Positions 27,092-41,717 of a stretch of DNA of 64,000 nt are shown here, piece after piece. The notes beneath the pieces were generated by a model. The model made no database searches, was not told the DNA's origin, and saw only the letters and a list, made by a program, of their open reading frames with translations. The position numbers were made by a program, and so were the translations under genes. The DNA is from Geosiphon pyriformis uo1. Taxonomy: Eukaryota > Fungi > Glomeromycota. The stretch lies in the NCBI GenBank assembly GCA_016748015.1, contig JAAOMT010000495.1, forward strand, positions 271,741 through 335,740, in the 5' to 3' direction. The first letter of the stretch is position 1, and each line of letters opens with the position of its first letter.

Positions 27092-28071
27092 TAATAATTT
27101 ATTAATTTTTTCAAAATATTAAAAAAAAAATATTTTTTATTAAAAATTTTTTAAAAGTTTTTTCTGTAATTGGCTAAATTAAATAAATTTTTTTTTAATT
27201 TATTTTATGAGTGCAGTCTAACCACTATTTTAGTACACAAAAACAAAATAAGTAAATCAAACTAAATATAATTTATGCTTTTTCTATATGTGACTAGCCA
27301 CTTGGACCAATAAAAGCAATATTATATACCTATAAAAACATTCAAACCATTGTCTAAACCAGAAAAAAACAAACATGGTCTGTGCAAACCAAAACTAATA
27401 GGAAAAAACTCAATATATTAAGCAAAAAAACCATCCTCTTAGACAGAAAACTGGACAAATCACATAACAAATCAAACACTACACTTATATCACAGACCAG
27501 ATCATTTTTTTATATGTCTGCTTTAAATTTAGATCTCAACAACTATAATCTATTGTAATGTTTATTGACTAAATAGTAAATAAAATCAACTATTGTTAAT
27601 ATTATCCTCTTTCTATCTTTAAATTTAAATGCCATCTTATTAATTTATTCTTTGAAAACAAAGCTTTTGCACAAAATCATGTATACATTAATATTTAAAG
27701 CATCTAAAAAAAAGTGCACAAAATTGAGAATAATAATAGAAAGCAATCTTTTACCAAAGACTTCCACAACTTAGTGTAATTAAAAAAAATATCAAAGTGC
27801 ACAAAAGCATTCTTAGAGCAAGTAAAAGCATGATTAGACAACTTAAAATTATTATACATTAAGCACAAAACACCTGAATAATTTTTGTCATATAGCCTCT
27901 TACAAACAGCAGCTAACAACTTTTTATGGATGGCTTTCATCAAATATGTATGCAAAGTAACTGACTTTTTACTAGTAAAACTGGTTAACATATAAGAATC
28001 TGAATGCCAAATTGAGGCAGTATAATCCCAATCTATGTTTCAGATAAATGAACTGTTTAAAACATCTACAT

Positions 28072-28927
28072 TGTTACAGTTTAAGAATTTAATAGGAATT
28101 ATAAATAATATAAATTAGCCAATCATAAAATAGTACAGCAACAATTTATAAAAAGAAATGATTTACAAATAACAGCAAGCACTACTGTGCAATAGCAGCA
28201 AGCACTACTGTACAATAGCAGCAAGCACTATTGTGCAAAAACAACAAGCACTATTTCACAATAGCAGCAAGTACTATTTATAAATAATGGAAATAGAGTA
28301 TTATAAAATGGTATTTTGTAAAAAAACAATTATATATATATACAATAGTTTTTAATGATGAAAAAAAAACAGCTTCAACTCAAAACAGCTTCAACTCAAA
28401 GCAACAAATATCTAAATAAAATCTTATTCAAAAAAAATTAATAAAAATAATAAATTGAATAAACATTACAATTATAAAATTAAAAATAGAATTCACATAT
28501 TCTCTCTAGCAAATGAAACTATTATTCTATCTTTAAATCCTTTGGAAAAATAATCTCTGGTCAAGATTATTCACGTGGTTACTAATTAAATTGAAAAAAA
28601 GCTTTATTATATACTTAAAGAAATTGTAAAAAGACCATTAACATTCTGTGTTTTTAGATTAGAGAAACACATTAGGCAATTGCAAGAATAGTCTTAGAGA
28701 AAACCCCAAACAGTGGGTAGATTTTAAATTAGTCTCTGGAAAGGAGTACACAACATACAAAGACAATTAGAATTAAAGAAAAAACTTATATCACAACATT
28801 AAAAAAAAATCTTTAGTACATTATTATTATTATCCAACATATAAAATCGAAAAACTCACAAGAAACTGATTGTAATTAAAATAGAAAATTAACAATTAAA
28901 ATATACCAAGAAAACACTCCCATAACA
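28072..28927. mobile_element. Solo LTR (856 bp) inserted in LINE 3
   Basis: TGTTA...TAACA termini; 4-bp TSD ACAT at 28068-28071 and 28928-28931. Removing it restores the LINE ORF2 frame (EAGLNVDVLN). Confidence 0.88.
28169..28283 (+). repeat. ~5 x 23-bp tandem repeat (atagcagcaagcactactgtgca) within the solo LTR
   Basis: Head-to-tail units without spacers, directly visible. Confidence 0.85.
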
Positions 28928-31900
28928 ACATTAAGACCTGCTTCTTATAAAGCTTGACAAACAGTTTAATAGATATTTTGAACAAAATAGTAAGCATTGT
29001 CTAAAACCATATGACTATTCACCACAAAAATTTTATTATAAATTCTAACAGAAAGAGCCAAACACAGATGTGCTACAACACAAGCAAGAACATCTGCCTA
29101 ATTATTACTAAAATCACTTAAATAGTCTTTTACTTTTACTTATCTTACAGAAATGTCTTTTAATCTTATTAAATTAGCAATATAATATTTTTTTACTCAA
29201 TATTTGTTCCAAAAATCAGACTGGTAAAGCTTGTTTTCTAATAAACATATATCCAAAGCCACTTGGCTATCCATATGCAAAACTACTAAGCAAAATAATA
29301 GAACATATTCCAAAACCAAGGCAATTATTTGTAATTCTGACAATATTGAAGACAATAATCCATATATCTTAACATTCATACTTATATTAATATTAAAGAA
29401 ATAAGTCACAATTCCATTAACCATATTCAGATCTATTAAAAAACTATTAATATAAACATTAATTGTTTCAATTCACACTTTATGCAAGTATTTATGAACA
29501 CTTAAAAACTTATTTGAGTGAAAAAAATTAGAACAGCCCAAATTAGCAATACTTTCAATAAACTCTACCAAAAAATTGTTTATATACACCAAAGTTTTCC
29601 TAAACTATAGTAATATTAGACTTCTCAAACTCAATCTTTTCCAACATTGAAATGTTTTTTAATCCATAATTATACCATGCTTGTTCAACAAATTTTTTCT
29701 AAAGCAATACCAAAATTTTTCAAAAAATGCATCACATCAAAATAATAATTGTTTTTCAATATTTTAAACATTGAAAAGTAACTGGGTCTATAGAATGTAT
29801 TAGACAAATTATTGGCCAATAAAACCTTAGTGTTCAAAAAAATCCTTACAATACCTACCAGAAAATTATTCTTTAAGTAGACTCTTAATTTGACTGAGTA
29901 TTGTAAAAAATTCAGAAGTGCTTATCTCAAAACTTGTAAATTTAAAGCATAGTGCTCAAACAATTAACCAAAAATTCCAACAGTATTAGAAAAACCAATT
30001 ACCAAAGCTATTTTGGCCTCAGTTTAGATCTGTTTAAAAGACTTCAAATCATACAGAGATGAGTAATACAAAGTCTTATTGAGAAAATTTCTTGGCAGAT
30101 TGGTTTTAGATTTGAATTTTTTTCTTATTATAACATTTCATTTATGATACACAATTTTGAATATAAAGCTGAACTGAATTCTGTAACTAATTATAGATTG
30201 CAAAACTGCTGAAACCAAATAGAAGAACTACTTATTTGATAATGTCTTCTTGAAAACCATATTTGAGAAAAACCTAATATCTGATTGTGTCTTTATAAGA
30301 CTTGGCTTAAACAAACTCTTTGTTAACAAGAAAATACCCAAATATTTATAAGATTCATTATTCTTTGCTACAAAAATTGTGTGATCACTAATGTGCAAAA
30401 AAGTTTTTACCACTTTCTGATTAATAAAAATGATTACTGTCTTGTTATTATTAATAAAAATATTATTTATTTTAAAGAACTTACTTACAATGTCCAAATA
30501 TACTGTGTTAAAGTTTAATTATTTTCCACTCATATTGTGTCATCCACAAAAGCACCAGCAGCAAAAAATAAAGATTTGTTTTCACCAATCTCTATTTTGC
30601 CTATTCTTATCACAAAATTAGAGTTAATTCTATATTCACACAAATGTTTGTGTTTTTTAATCTTATATAACAAAGAATCATAAAAATTTTTCTAAAGAAA
30701 CAGCAAGAAAATCTCACTCTAATTCAGTTCATTATGAATTCTATAGTCATTTGAAAGACCAAAATCAGTTATTACTCTGTTGACTTTGTTCTTATAAATA
30801 TTCCCAAAAAACTCAATAAATCTATTACACATTTTAATATGTTCTAAACTCAACTTTAAATAATGCCACCCAACTGAATTATAAGCTTTGCACATATCTT
30901 GTAAAACCAACCAAATTTTTTGGCTCTTTTTTAAAGCATCTTCTACTATTAAACCAATAGCAAACACAGAAAATTGAGTCAAAATACCTTTTAAGACAGA
31001 AAAATTATTATTATAAAAAACATCAAACTTGTTACAAATAGATAAAATACAATTTGATAGAATTTTAGATAAAATTTTTCTTGTAGTTTTAATTAAAGTG
31101 GCTAAATATTAATCAAAATACTATCTTATTTGTAAGATTTAGGAGTTATCAAAACTCATGCTTTTTTCCAAAGATCTAGAACATCATCAAGTCTCAGACA
31201 AGAATTGAGTAGATCTAAGAGGCATTTTATTATTTCATCATTACAGTGTTTCCACAGTTCATTCAATATGTTAGAAAAATTAATAGCTTTGCTATTAGAT
31301 AACTTACTGATTACTGAAACCAATTTCTCCAAGCCAATGTTATTTATTATGCCAAAGAAAACATTATCTTTTATATGCTCTAAAAATGCATACTAATAAG
31401 TCTACAAATCAGACAAAACCATAGAAATTTTATGATTTCTTGTCCAATCCACCATAATACTGTCAATTTTAGATTTCACTTCTTTTAGTTCCAAAACCAT
31501 TTTCTCTTCAATCACCAAATAATTTAAAACAACTTTGTGAAAAAATTATTCCAAGACACTTTTTATTATGTTTCTTTTGTTTGAACTGAAATTCTCCATT
31601 CACCTTTTAATTGTATTTCTGATAAATGTGCTTTTGGTTATCTCTGATTCATAATATTTTGATTTTTGATATTTTTTCTTGATCTTTAATAAATGTTTGA
31701 TTATTTTTATAGGTCTTATATTATTACAGAATAAGATAACAATTTTAAAAGTCTTAACATCATTAATAATAGACCAGACTTTAACCAGTTATTCAAAATT
31801 AGACATTCTACTCAAATACAAACTTTTTATTATCTTAGCAACCAATAACTCCAGTTTGTAAAATTTTAGAGATTGTTTATTTTTTGAGCAGTTTAGTTCA

Positions 31901-34900
31901 CAAAACCAATGTTTAAAAAACCTTATTAGCTAAACCAACTACTATTTTCCTTAATACATTGCATATCTTATATTTTACACAGATTTTTTCTTCTTTTTGC
32001 ATTCACAAAACTATCTATTACTGTCAACAACTTAGCAGAAAAACATTTCCTAAAACACATCCACTTGGCCTTATTTGCATTTTTAATTCAAAACTTTTAC
32101 TGATCTTTATTAGTTTGTTTGCAAATACTATTCAAAAAAATGTTCAATAAGCCTTCCAATCTGATTAAAATTAAAACTACTCTATAATTAGTATTAAAAA
32201 ATTCAGATACAGATCTAATTTTGTATCTAATAATTGCCAAAGACAGACTTTTGCTTACAAAAACATAGTCAATAATTTATTCAATTCCTTTAAAGTTGTT
32301 CCAAATAATTGACTTAATTGAAGAATATTCTCTTAAAAAATTAACCAAATTCATGTTTAAACATTTTTTAAAACTTACACACTTTTTAGAATTATTTTTA
32401 TTGAAGTTACCATCTAAAACCACAAAAGAGCTAAAACAAATTGCCTTGGAAATAATTGAATTAACATCAAAAGCTTGATCAAATTGTATTTTGGCTAATG
32501 TACCAACATACAGCCCCAGAATCATAACTGAGAACTTGCTCTTAAACAACAACTAAACTAAAATAACTTTGCCAAGAATCTTCTTCACTTTTAACACATA
32601 TCAAGTCAGAAAATAATTTATAATAACAGCCATACCAGCACTAAGAAAACTTTTTTCTAGGCCTGATGTAAAAATTTGAATATTATCAAACTTATTCTCA
32701 ATCTATAATCTTATGTTAGACTTTAACTTAGTTTTAATAAAAATAGAAATCATGTTGTCAGATTTTAAATACCAATAAACAATGTTCTTTTGTTTTGCTA
32801 AATTGTTTATGTTCTTGATATTACATGTAGCAATTTTCCAAATAAAATTAGTCATTAAGAAGATTTAATTGCTGAAAAGTTCAAATTAATACATATTTGA
32901 TTCAATCTAAAAAAAACTAATCTAATCATACTTTCAAGCACAACCAATTTTAATTTCAGACTACTTATTTTAATTGTCAAAATTTTGAAGCTGCTTTAAT
33001 TTAAACTTAAAGTGCTAATTATTACTAACAAAGAAGGTGAAAACAGAATCTGAAGGATATTTATGATCACATCCAAATTCAAACTGGATTTTAAAACTAA
33101 AAAAAAAGCTGGAGTAAAAGACTGAGAAGCAAATACCAAAAAAAATTATGTTTACATTACTTATTTTGCACAAAACACTAGCAATTTGATCAGCCAATAA
33201 TTCCAACAAGTATTTCAAGGAAGCCAAGTAAGACTCAATTAATAAAACATCTTATAGAGAAGAAAAAGTTTTTACAGCATTTGGAAAACCAAAAAAAAAA
33301 AAGCCAAAACCAAAACCAGAAAAGGTATTATTGTAAACAGAAACTAATAACACAATTTAAGTTCAAGACTTGTTACTAAAGACAACAGAACAAAAAATAG
33401 AAACATTTTTTTTGTGTACAGTTTGGCTAACTAAAGGCAATTTGCATTTAAAGCAGTTCTTTTAAATGTTCTTGAAGGCTTAGAAATAAATATGAGTTGT
33501 ATAACACACTTTAAAGCAGAATGTTTAAAATGTCCATATCTTTCACATTAAACCAGATCTATTCTAGTCTAAGAAAGTTTCATACCACCAAAAATTGGCT
33601 CTGTATGAAAAACAGATTTTAAACTATTTTTTATATCAAAACCAATTACAATAAATTCTATTACTAGTTTCAAAAAACAATTGATAACACATGTTTTCCC
33701 ACCAGTTTTTTTTAACAAAGCTTTCAAATTATGAGCTGTTGTTTTTACAGGCAAGATAAACAAAAATGCCTTAAATCAATTTTTAAATGTCCAAATTTCA
33801 CAATTTCCACTGCTATAGCCACATGTATTGAATTTTTTCCAATTAAAAATAACTATTTAGAAGCTAATTATTTAATCTAACTTGATTTAGCAAATTCCAC
33901 CACAGTTTTTTGTTATAATTCAATAAGTTGGATTTTAATTGACATAATTTGACTAAACTTAACAACTATGACAACAATTATTTTCTTTGGTGTATCCATA
34001 AGAATTTTCTTGATAACTATGGTCTAATCTGAATAAATTTTTTGTTTTTTGAGATTAATGTTTATAATAATTTCTTTTTTCCTGGCCAATAATATAGTCT
34101 TTTTCATATTTTCTTTTGATGTAAATGTTAATTGGATTATCTTTTCAAATTTTGAAGAAGTAATAGTCTTTCCAAAAATATTGACTGTTAAAAAAAATTT
34201 TCTGATCACCTGTGTTTTTGCCATTGTTGATTTCTCATCTATAGCTAAAAGATTAATGTTTAAGACAAAAAACTTTTTAATAAATACTTTAACTTGGGTT
34301 TTAACAATTTTAGGATCAATTCACTTTCTGTTCAAGAAAATAAAAAGACAAAAAGAAAGAAAAACCTCATTATTATTATCTATGTTATAAGTAAAAAGTC
34401 TAATTGAAAAGACAACTATAGCACCAGTATTGAATTGTTTAGCTTTAAGAGTATTTATCTTTGATTCCAATTTTTTCTCACTCTTACTGTCAGCACCATA
34501 GCTAGCATTCACACTAGAAAAAATTACCAAATGAGTATTTTTATCTGTATTTATACTAGCAAACTAACCAAGAAAATAATCAGATTTATCAAAACTCAAA
34601 TCTGTTTTATTACTTGAATGCTTTATATTTTCAAAGAAGGCTTTTTGCTTTTGAAACAAGCTTTTATTAACCAAACCAGAAACAAAAACTTTGGCTAACT
34701 TTTTTTTAGCATTAAAATCACTTATAGTAACTACCAGTTTAATAACAAAGAGATTAAATTCTTATAAAATATTAAGGTATATAATAGTAAAAAACAGAAA
34801 AAATTTTTTTCAAAAATTTTGACTCTTTTTTGGAAATTTGGAACAAAGAAGGAAAAGAAGTTTTTTTTAAATAAATTTTTATTATAAAATTAATTAAATT

Positions 34901-37509
34901 AAATTATATAATATATGTTTTATTGTAATTTTGTTTTAATATTTTATATATTAATAATAAAAATATTAAGAATTTAGCTAATAAATTTTTTTTAATATTA
35001 TATTATTTACAATATTTTTGTATTAGATTGTTTACAAAATATGTTTTTTAATTAAATAAAAATTTAATTAGATTTTTTTACTATGTTTTAATAAAATATA
35101 ACTTATTATTAATTATAATATAAATTTTTAAAATCTTATAAATAATTACAACTTATATATTTTTTATATATAATAAAACTTCTTTCTCTCTTACCTCCAA
35201 AAATTCTCAAAAAGCACATTTTCTGTTAAAGAAGTTTTCTAATTTTTTTTTTTTTTGCTAGTTTTTTCAATATTTCTTTAAGTGATAACCCTTTCGTCAT
35301 GAATTTAAAGACTGCTTCGGCTAATAACCTTTTTGTGATGGACCTGAAGGCTGCTTCAAATAGCAGTATGTCAATAAAAAAGGCTCTTAAAGGTGCTTTT
35401 CATGATCTTGTAGGTGGTACTTTTTCTCAGAAAAAGAAGGTCTCTGTTGGCAATATAAAACACTTTGGTGATGAAAAGGAAATTTTTCTTACTAAACCTA
35501 GTGTCAATGATGGCATATACTTGGATATGGACAATGAGTTAGGTAATAATGAGCTCAGTGATGCTGTAATAGGTTTTGATGGTGGCTCTTTTCTTAATTC
35601 AGCTGTGACAACTTCTAAAGCTAAGAGAATCAGTAATGATTTAATCAGTGGCTCTCCTATTGGTACTATTAGCTTTGAAATAGATGAGAATATGATTCAT
35701 TTCCCTCCTCCTCTCAATATTTCTCTTGACAAGAGGTGAATTGATCCCAAAGTAGTGAAGACTCAGATTGAGATGTTCATCAAGAAATCCTTTGCTTTGG
35801 ATATCAATTTCTTAGCTGTAGAAGATAAATCAGTGATGACAAAAACTCAGTTTATTCGAAAAAAATTTTCAAATATCAATGGTTTTGGGGGGGCCACCAC
35901 CTCTTCAAAATTTGAAGGGATCATCTGATCTACCTTTACTTCTGAAGAAAACATAAATAAGACTGCCTCATTGACCAAAGAGAATAAGATCATTGTGAAC
36001 ACCAATCTCAAGAAATTAGGAGTGCACTCAGATTGGACCATAGTAATCAAGAAAATTCCCATAGATACCCCAAAGGAAATAATTGTCACCGCAGTCACCA
36101 AATTTGGTGAAATTAAGTTGATCAGAATTCAATTAATTGGCATGTGGCAGAAGACTATGGTGGAGTTTGCCAAATCAAGTCAAGCCGATCAGTTGGCCTC
36201 AAAGTGGTCATTTCTAATCAGGAAAGATTCAGTGCATGTGGCCAAAGCTGTGGATGATCATGACATCTGGGCTTTTAATGATTGGTTTAGGGCACTTTTG
36301 TTTACTTTGCCAGTAGAAACAACTGCGCATGATCTTGGTACTTTTTTGGATAGAGCTGGTAGAAAAACTTGCATTATTAATCAATCATTGGTAACTGACA
36401 ATAGGGTTCATTGTGCTGTAATAGGCTTTGAATCTGAAGTGGAGTTGGATTCTGTCTTTCATACTGAGCCTATTTTTGGTGGTGTGCAACTATTATGGGC
36501 TAGGTTGGATTTGATTCAATGTAAGAAGTGTGGAAGATTTGGTTATTCAGTCTTGGAATGTGATGCTTCTAATGTTTCTGTTCCTGTGCTTTCTGCTCCC
36601 TTTAAAAGAAATGCTCCTAGTATGGATTGTCTTTAATTAGCCAAGTTGTATGCAAAGAAAAATGTTCCTATCTCTTGTCTTGCTGTCTTTGGTGACAAAT
36701 TGTGGGCTCAAGTAGTCTCTCTTGATTTTTCTTCTGGTAGCTCTTCTTCTGATTCTGGTCATGGTTTTGACATCTCTTCATCTGGTGCTTTGGCTTTGGG
36801 TTTGAATGGTGGTGCTCCCTTTTTTCTATTTGACAGGTCTCCCTTGGATGCTTGTTTGGCGTCTTTGAAATGCTCTCTTGAACTTTTGGCTGACCAGGTT
36901 TCTGGTATTCTTAGGAAATTGAGTTTTGTTGAATTGGTGCCCATAGTACTGTCTTCTGGTGCTTCTTCCCTAATCGGCTCTATGCTTGTGGCTCCTGTTT
37001 TGGATTTGAATATGGTCTTAGATGGTGTGTTGGCATTATTTTCTCTTTCTCTCTTAAGTATTGAATTAGATGCTGGTCTTAATTCAAGTAGTTCAAAAGT
37101 TCTGACTACCAAAGTGGGCAGTTTGGAATCTAAAATGTCAGCTCTAAAGGCTTCAGTTGGTTCTGTTCTAGTGAGATTAGATCTCTTGTGTTCTGGTGCA
37201 GGTTCTCCCTCTCTCTTTTGTCCTAATGAGTGATCTGGTTTGGAAGTTTGCTACATGTAATGTTCATGGTATCAATGTCCCTGCCAAACAGGAAGATGTT
37301 GTGCATTGGCATCGTGATTCTGGCATTTTGGTCTCATTTATCATGAAAACAAAATTAAAGTCTTTTATTAAACTGTGAATTATGAATAAGTTTGATAAAG
37401 TGTGAATTTTTTCTTCAGAATTAGATAAAGATTTCATTGGTGCTGAGGTGGCAATTATTATGAACAATTTCCTAGCTTGTTATGTTTCTAAAGTGAAGGA
37501 GGTCCCCAG

Positions 37510-38470
37510 TGTTACTGGAGATTTTTGGTCTCTTTTCTTAAATGTTGGTAATGTTGATTTGCTGTGAATTCATGTTTTCAAGAAGTAGTTAAATCTCCAA
37601 TAACTGAATTTATCTTCAAATTATCTTCTATAATTTGAACTGCTGGGCTTATAAGTGGAATGGCCAATTCTTTTGCCAGTTATTTTATGTAGTTACATTG
37701 TAGTAAACATCAACTCTTTCCCAGGAATTGCTCATCTGAAAGCTCACTAAAAATGTGTAGTTACTTTGCTGTAAAAGTCAATTCTTCTACAGAAATCTCA
37801 TCTGTAGGCTACCCTAATGATTGTAATAAGAAAATAAAAGAAAAGTAAAAGAAATAAAATTCTGTCAAGGGAAACGTTTTCTATCCAGGCCTGGAGTCAC
37901 TAACAGTTTACTGAAATTGGTAGCTAATCAATTTCGAAATGTTAGTTGGGTTTTGGGGATTTTCCAAGTGTAATAATTAAAGAACTTGGTTTTTCAAATT
38001 ATTTGATATTTATTTCTTTTTGTGTGTATAAGAATGGTTCTAAGTAATAAATCTAAAGTAAGATATCTTTTCCAGAAGAAAAAAGCTCTTCTTTTATATA
38101 ACTTGTTGTAGTACTAGTCTATGAACTTGCACTTTTTCTCTTTGCTCAAATTTTGGCAAACTAAAGATACATTTTAATGAACTACAAGTTATTTCACTGA
38201 ACTATTGATTAATTTGGGTGAACTATTCATAATTTCGGCAAATTTCTGTAAATTTTGGCGAATTTTTGAATGTTACAAAGTTCAGGATATTGTGTAATTT
38301 GATCATCTTACTTTTTGTTATACTAATTAGATTATTTTAATTGAATCGTGATATGTGATAATTGATTAAATAATAAATGATAATTTGAAATGATATTAAT
38401 ATACTAATGAATTATAGGAATTATACGGGTAATTTCATGCTAATTAATAGCTAAAATTCTACTGGTAACA
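37510..38470 (-). repeat. 3' LTR (961 bp)
   Basis: TGTTAC...GTAACA; direct repeat of 46002-46953. Confidence 0.95.
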
Positions 38471-38472
38471 TA

Positions 38473-38484
38473 ATCTCCTCCTTA
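38473..38484 (-). promoter_or_regulatory. Polypurine tract (AAGGAGGAGA) next to the 3' LTR
   Basis: Plus strand atctcctcctta immediately inside the LTR end. Confidence 0.75.
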
Positions 38485-38606
38485 AGACTGAGCTCCGTCA
38501 AAGTCCAAGTACTATTTGTAATATTGAGATAGTGATCTAAAATAATTGAAGTAATCTGGTCTGAAAATTGTTGAAATTTCAGTTCTGTGAGTTTGCCAAT
38601 GTATTG

Positions 38607-38947
38607 NNNNNNNNNNNNNNNNNNNNNNNNNNNNNNNNNNNNNNNNNNNNNNNNNNNNNNNNNNNNNNNNNNNNNNNNNNNNNNNNNNNNNNNNNNNNNN
38701 NNNNNNNNNNNNNNNNNNNNNNNNNNNNNNNNNNNNNNNNNNNNNNNNNNNNNNNNNNNNNNNNNNNNNNNNNNNNNNNNNNNNNNNNNNNNNNNNNNNN
38801 NNNNNNNNNNNNNNNNNNNNNNNNNNNNNNNNNNNNNNNNNNNNNNNNNNNNNNNNNNNNNNNNNNNNNNNNNNNNNNNNNNNNNNNNNNNNNNNNNNNN
38901 NNNNNNNNNNNNNNNNNNNNNNNNNNNNNNNNNNNNNNNNNNNNNNN
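38607..38947. other. Assembly gap (341 N)
   Basis: N run. Confidence 1.
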
Positions 38948-41717
38948 TAAATTTCGGGGAATATCTTCAGGATTAATTAAAGAGGAATGTGTACCAATTT
39001 GTGGAATTAATGGTTCAAGATTGTTTCTGGAATGATAGTGTTTCAATCTGTCTCCATGTGCAACTTTTGCTAATATTTTGTTATCAAGTCTTAACTTATA
39101 TGATCCATTGCCTAGAATTTCGTGAATATAAAATGGTCCATCCCATTTGTTTTCAAATTTCCCACTCCATTGTTTTTCAGCCTTAGTTCTGTATAAGAGA
39201 ACTTTATTTCCAACTTTAAATTCGTTGGTAATAGATGATAATTTGTTATCATGTTTTTCTTTTTGTTGAGCTTGGGAATGTTCAATATGAGTTGCTGCTA
39301 TTCTTCTTTTTCCTTCCAGTGTACTAAGAAGAGTGTATGCTCTTCTTTGGAGTGTCTCTTGAAAGTTTTTTTCATTGATTGGTTGCACTGGGTATGTTTT
39401 CACTGTGAAATTAATTGGTAATGTTGCTGTCCTTCCATAAGTAAGATCAAATGGTGTGTTTCATAGTATCTTGTTTTAGTGTTCTGTATGCTAGTAACAC
39501 TAATGGAATAAAGATATCCCATTTCTGTTCAAAGTCTGTTAAGACTTTGGCTAAAGATTCACACAATGTTCTGTTGAAATGTTCTACAAGTTCATTTGTT
39601 TAAGGGTGATAAAGTGATAATAGAAGTCTTTTGACATTGAACTGTTCACAAATTTTTTGTATCAAGTTGTTTACAAAATGTGTTCTTTGATCAGATAAGA
39701 GTTCAATTGGACATCTATGTCTACAGATAATGTCTTCATAGATGAAATTTGCTACTGATTTTGCATCTGCTCTTTGGATGGCTCTAGCTTTAAGCCATTT
39801 GGTAAGATAATCCACTGCAACTGCAATATAACAATTTCCTTGGATTGTGATAGGTAATGGTTCGACTAAATCAATTCCAACTTTGTTAAAAGATTGTCCA
39901 ACTTTGATTGGATTTAAAGGTTCTGTGGGGCGAGTTCCTTCTCTTCTTTGACAATTATCACAAGATTCTATATATTGTCAAATGTCTTTTTGCATGTGAG
40001 GCCAAAAATAATGTTCAAAAGTTTTTTGAATTGTTTCCTCTTTTCCCAAGTGTGCTAAAGACGGATCTGTGTACATGTTGTATAAAATTGTTTCTTTTTC
40101 ATTCTCTTGTACTAATCTGAGTGACTGGTTTGGTTTTCTGTAATTTTTATAATAGATTTTGTTTTGGTGTATGAAATATTGTTTTGATTGGTGTTATAAG
40201 CGGTGTTTTTCACTTGGAGACCAGTTTTCTGGCATGGTAAGAGTTTCCAAATAATTTTTAAGATTGCTGTAGTTTCTGGGATTCATTCTTGTTTGGTTAT
40301 TTTGTTGGTAAGTTGGTAAGTTGTGGTGGAATTATTGTTGGTATTAATCTTGTCTCATTCTTGAGAGGCTATCAATATTGGTATGTAGTTTTTTTGGTTT
40401 GTGGTGTACAATATATCTGTAGTCTGCTAGGAAGTTATTCCATTGAGACTGTTTGGCACTTTGTTCAGTTTTCTTTTTATTGAGCCATTTGAGGCTAATG
40501 TTGTCTATTATTATGTCAAATTCTTTTCCATTCTTCAGATATTGTTGAAAATGTTTAAGAGCCCAAATAACTGCAGCAGCTTCTAATTCAGTTGAGTCAT
40601 ATTTGAGTTCTGTTGGCTTGAGTGTTCTGCTGGCATAGGCAATAACTTGTTCTTGGACATTTTCATCCAATTGTGATAAAATGGCACCAAATGCTATGTG
40701 TGAAACATCAGTGGCTAATTAGAATTGTTTGTTGAAGTCTGAGTAAGCAAGAACTGGGGCTGTTGTCAATTTTGTTTTGAGAATTTCAAAAGCTTTTTGT
40801 TGTTCTTCAGTCTATTTGTATGGTACGTTTTTGTTGATAAAATAATTGAGTGGTTTGGCAATTTCTGAGAATCTTTTTATGAATTTTCGATAGTAAGAGG
40901 CTAATCTCACAAATCCTTTTAATTCTGTAGTATTTCTGGGGGTTTAAAAGTTTTTGACAGCACTGATTGTTCCTGGATTTGGTTTGATTCCATCTTTACT
41001 AACTATGTGTCCAAAAAAGATCAAGCTTGTTTTTCCAAAGTGACATTTCTCAATATTTAACTTTAATTCTGCTTTTCATAATTATTGAAAAACTTCTCAC
41101 AGGTGAATGAGATGGGCTTCAAAGCTTGGTGAGTATACATCAGTATCATCAAGATAAACAACTACTGATTGCCACAAGAGCCCTTCATAAACAACATCCA
41201 TGAGTCACTGAAATGTTGCTGGTGCATTGCAGAGTCCAAAAGACATAATATTAAATTCATAATTTCCTCCTTGAGTGGTGAATGCTGTTTTGGGTCTATC
41301 TTTTGGGTCTATTTCGACTTGCCAGTATCCACTTTTTAGGTCTAAAGTTGAAAAGAACTTGGCTTTTCCTAGAGCATCTAGCATGTTATTAATTCTTGAA
41401 AAAGGGTAGGCATCTCCAATTGTAACACTATTTAGTTGTCTATAATTAACACAGAATCTGATTTTTCCGTTTTTCTTTTTAACTAAAACTACTGGTGAGG
41501 CTTAAGAACTTCTTGATGGTTGAATCAATCCGTTATTGAGCATTTTTTGGACCTCTTCTCTGATGAATTGGTGGCTGGCAGGTGGCATTCGATAAGCTTG
41601 TTGACGTTTTGGTAGAGCATCTCCTGTATGGATCTGATGTTGAACAATGTCTGTTTTTCCCAAGTCATTGTTGTCTTTTGCAAATATATCTGCAAATTCA
41701 GCTATCAATTGTTTCAA
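38948..41717 (-). pseudogene. Gypsy RT - RNase H - integrase, disrupted
   Basis: FADIFAK..DLGKTDIVQHQIHTG, RFCVNYRQLN, DLKSGYWQV, VVYLDD, RNase H 40344-40750, integrase 39420-40100, KWDGPF. Confidence 0.92.

Larger units (their letters stand above)
27188..34866 (-). mobile_element. LINE copy 3, full-length, more eroded, interrupted by a solo LTR
   Basis: Poly-T 27188-27196, tail motif, ORF2 fragments (WLVLQDMCKAYNSVGW; AGAFVDD ~30540), TAATG junction 32853-32857, ORF1 fragments to ~34740, 5' aaacttcttt. Possible TSD ttaaataaattttt (27179-27192 / 34867-34880). Confidence 0.88.

Noticed and set aside
28169-28283. CRISPR-like array
   Set aside because: Units are head-to-tail without unique spacers, lie inside a solo LTR, and the context is eukaryotic with no cas genes.
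38568-39403. Long ORFs spanning the N run; possible chromodomain or env after integrase
   Set aside because: The lengths are gap artefacts. The integrase C-terminus is hidden, so nothing can be claimed.
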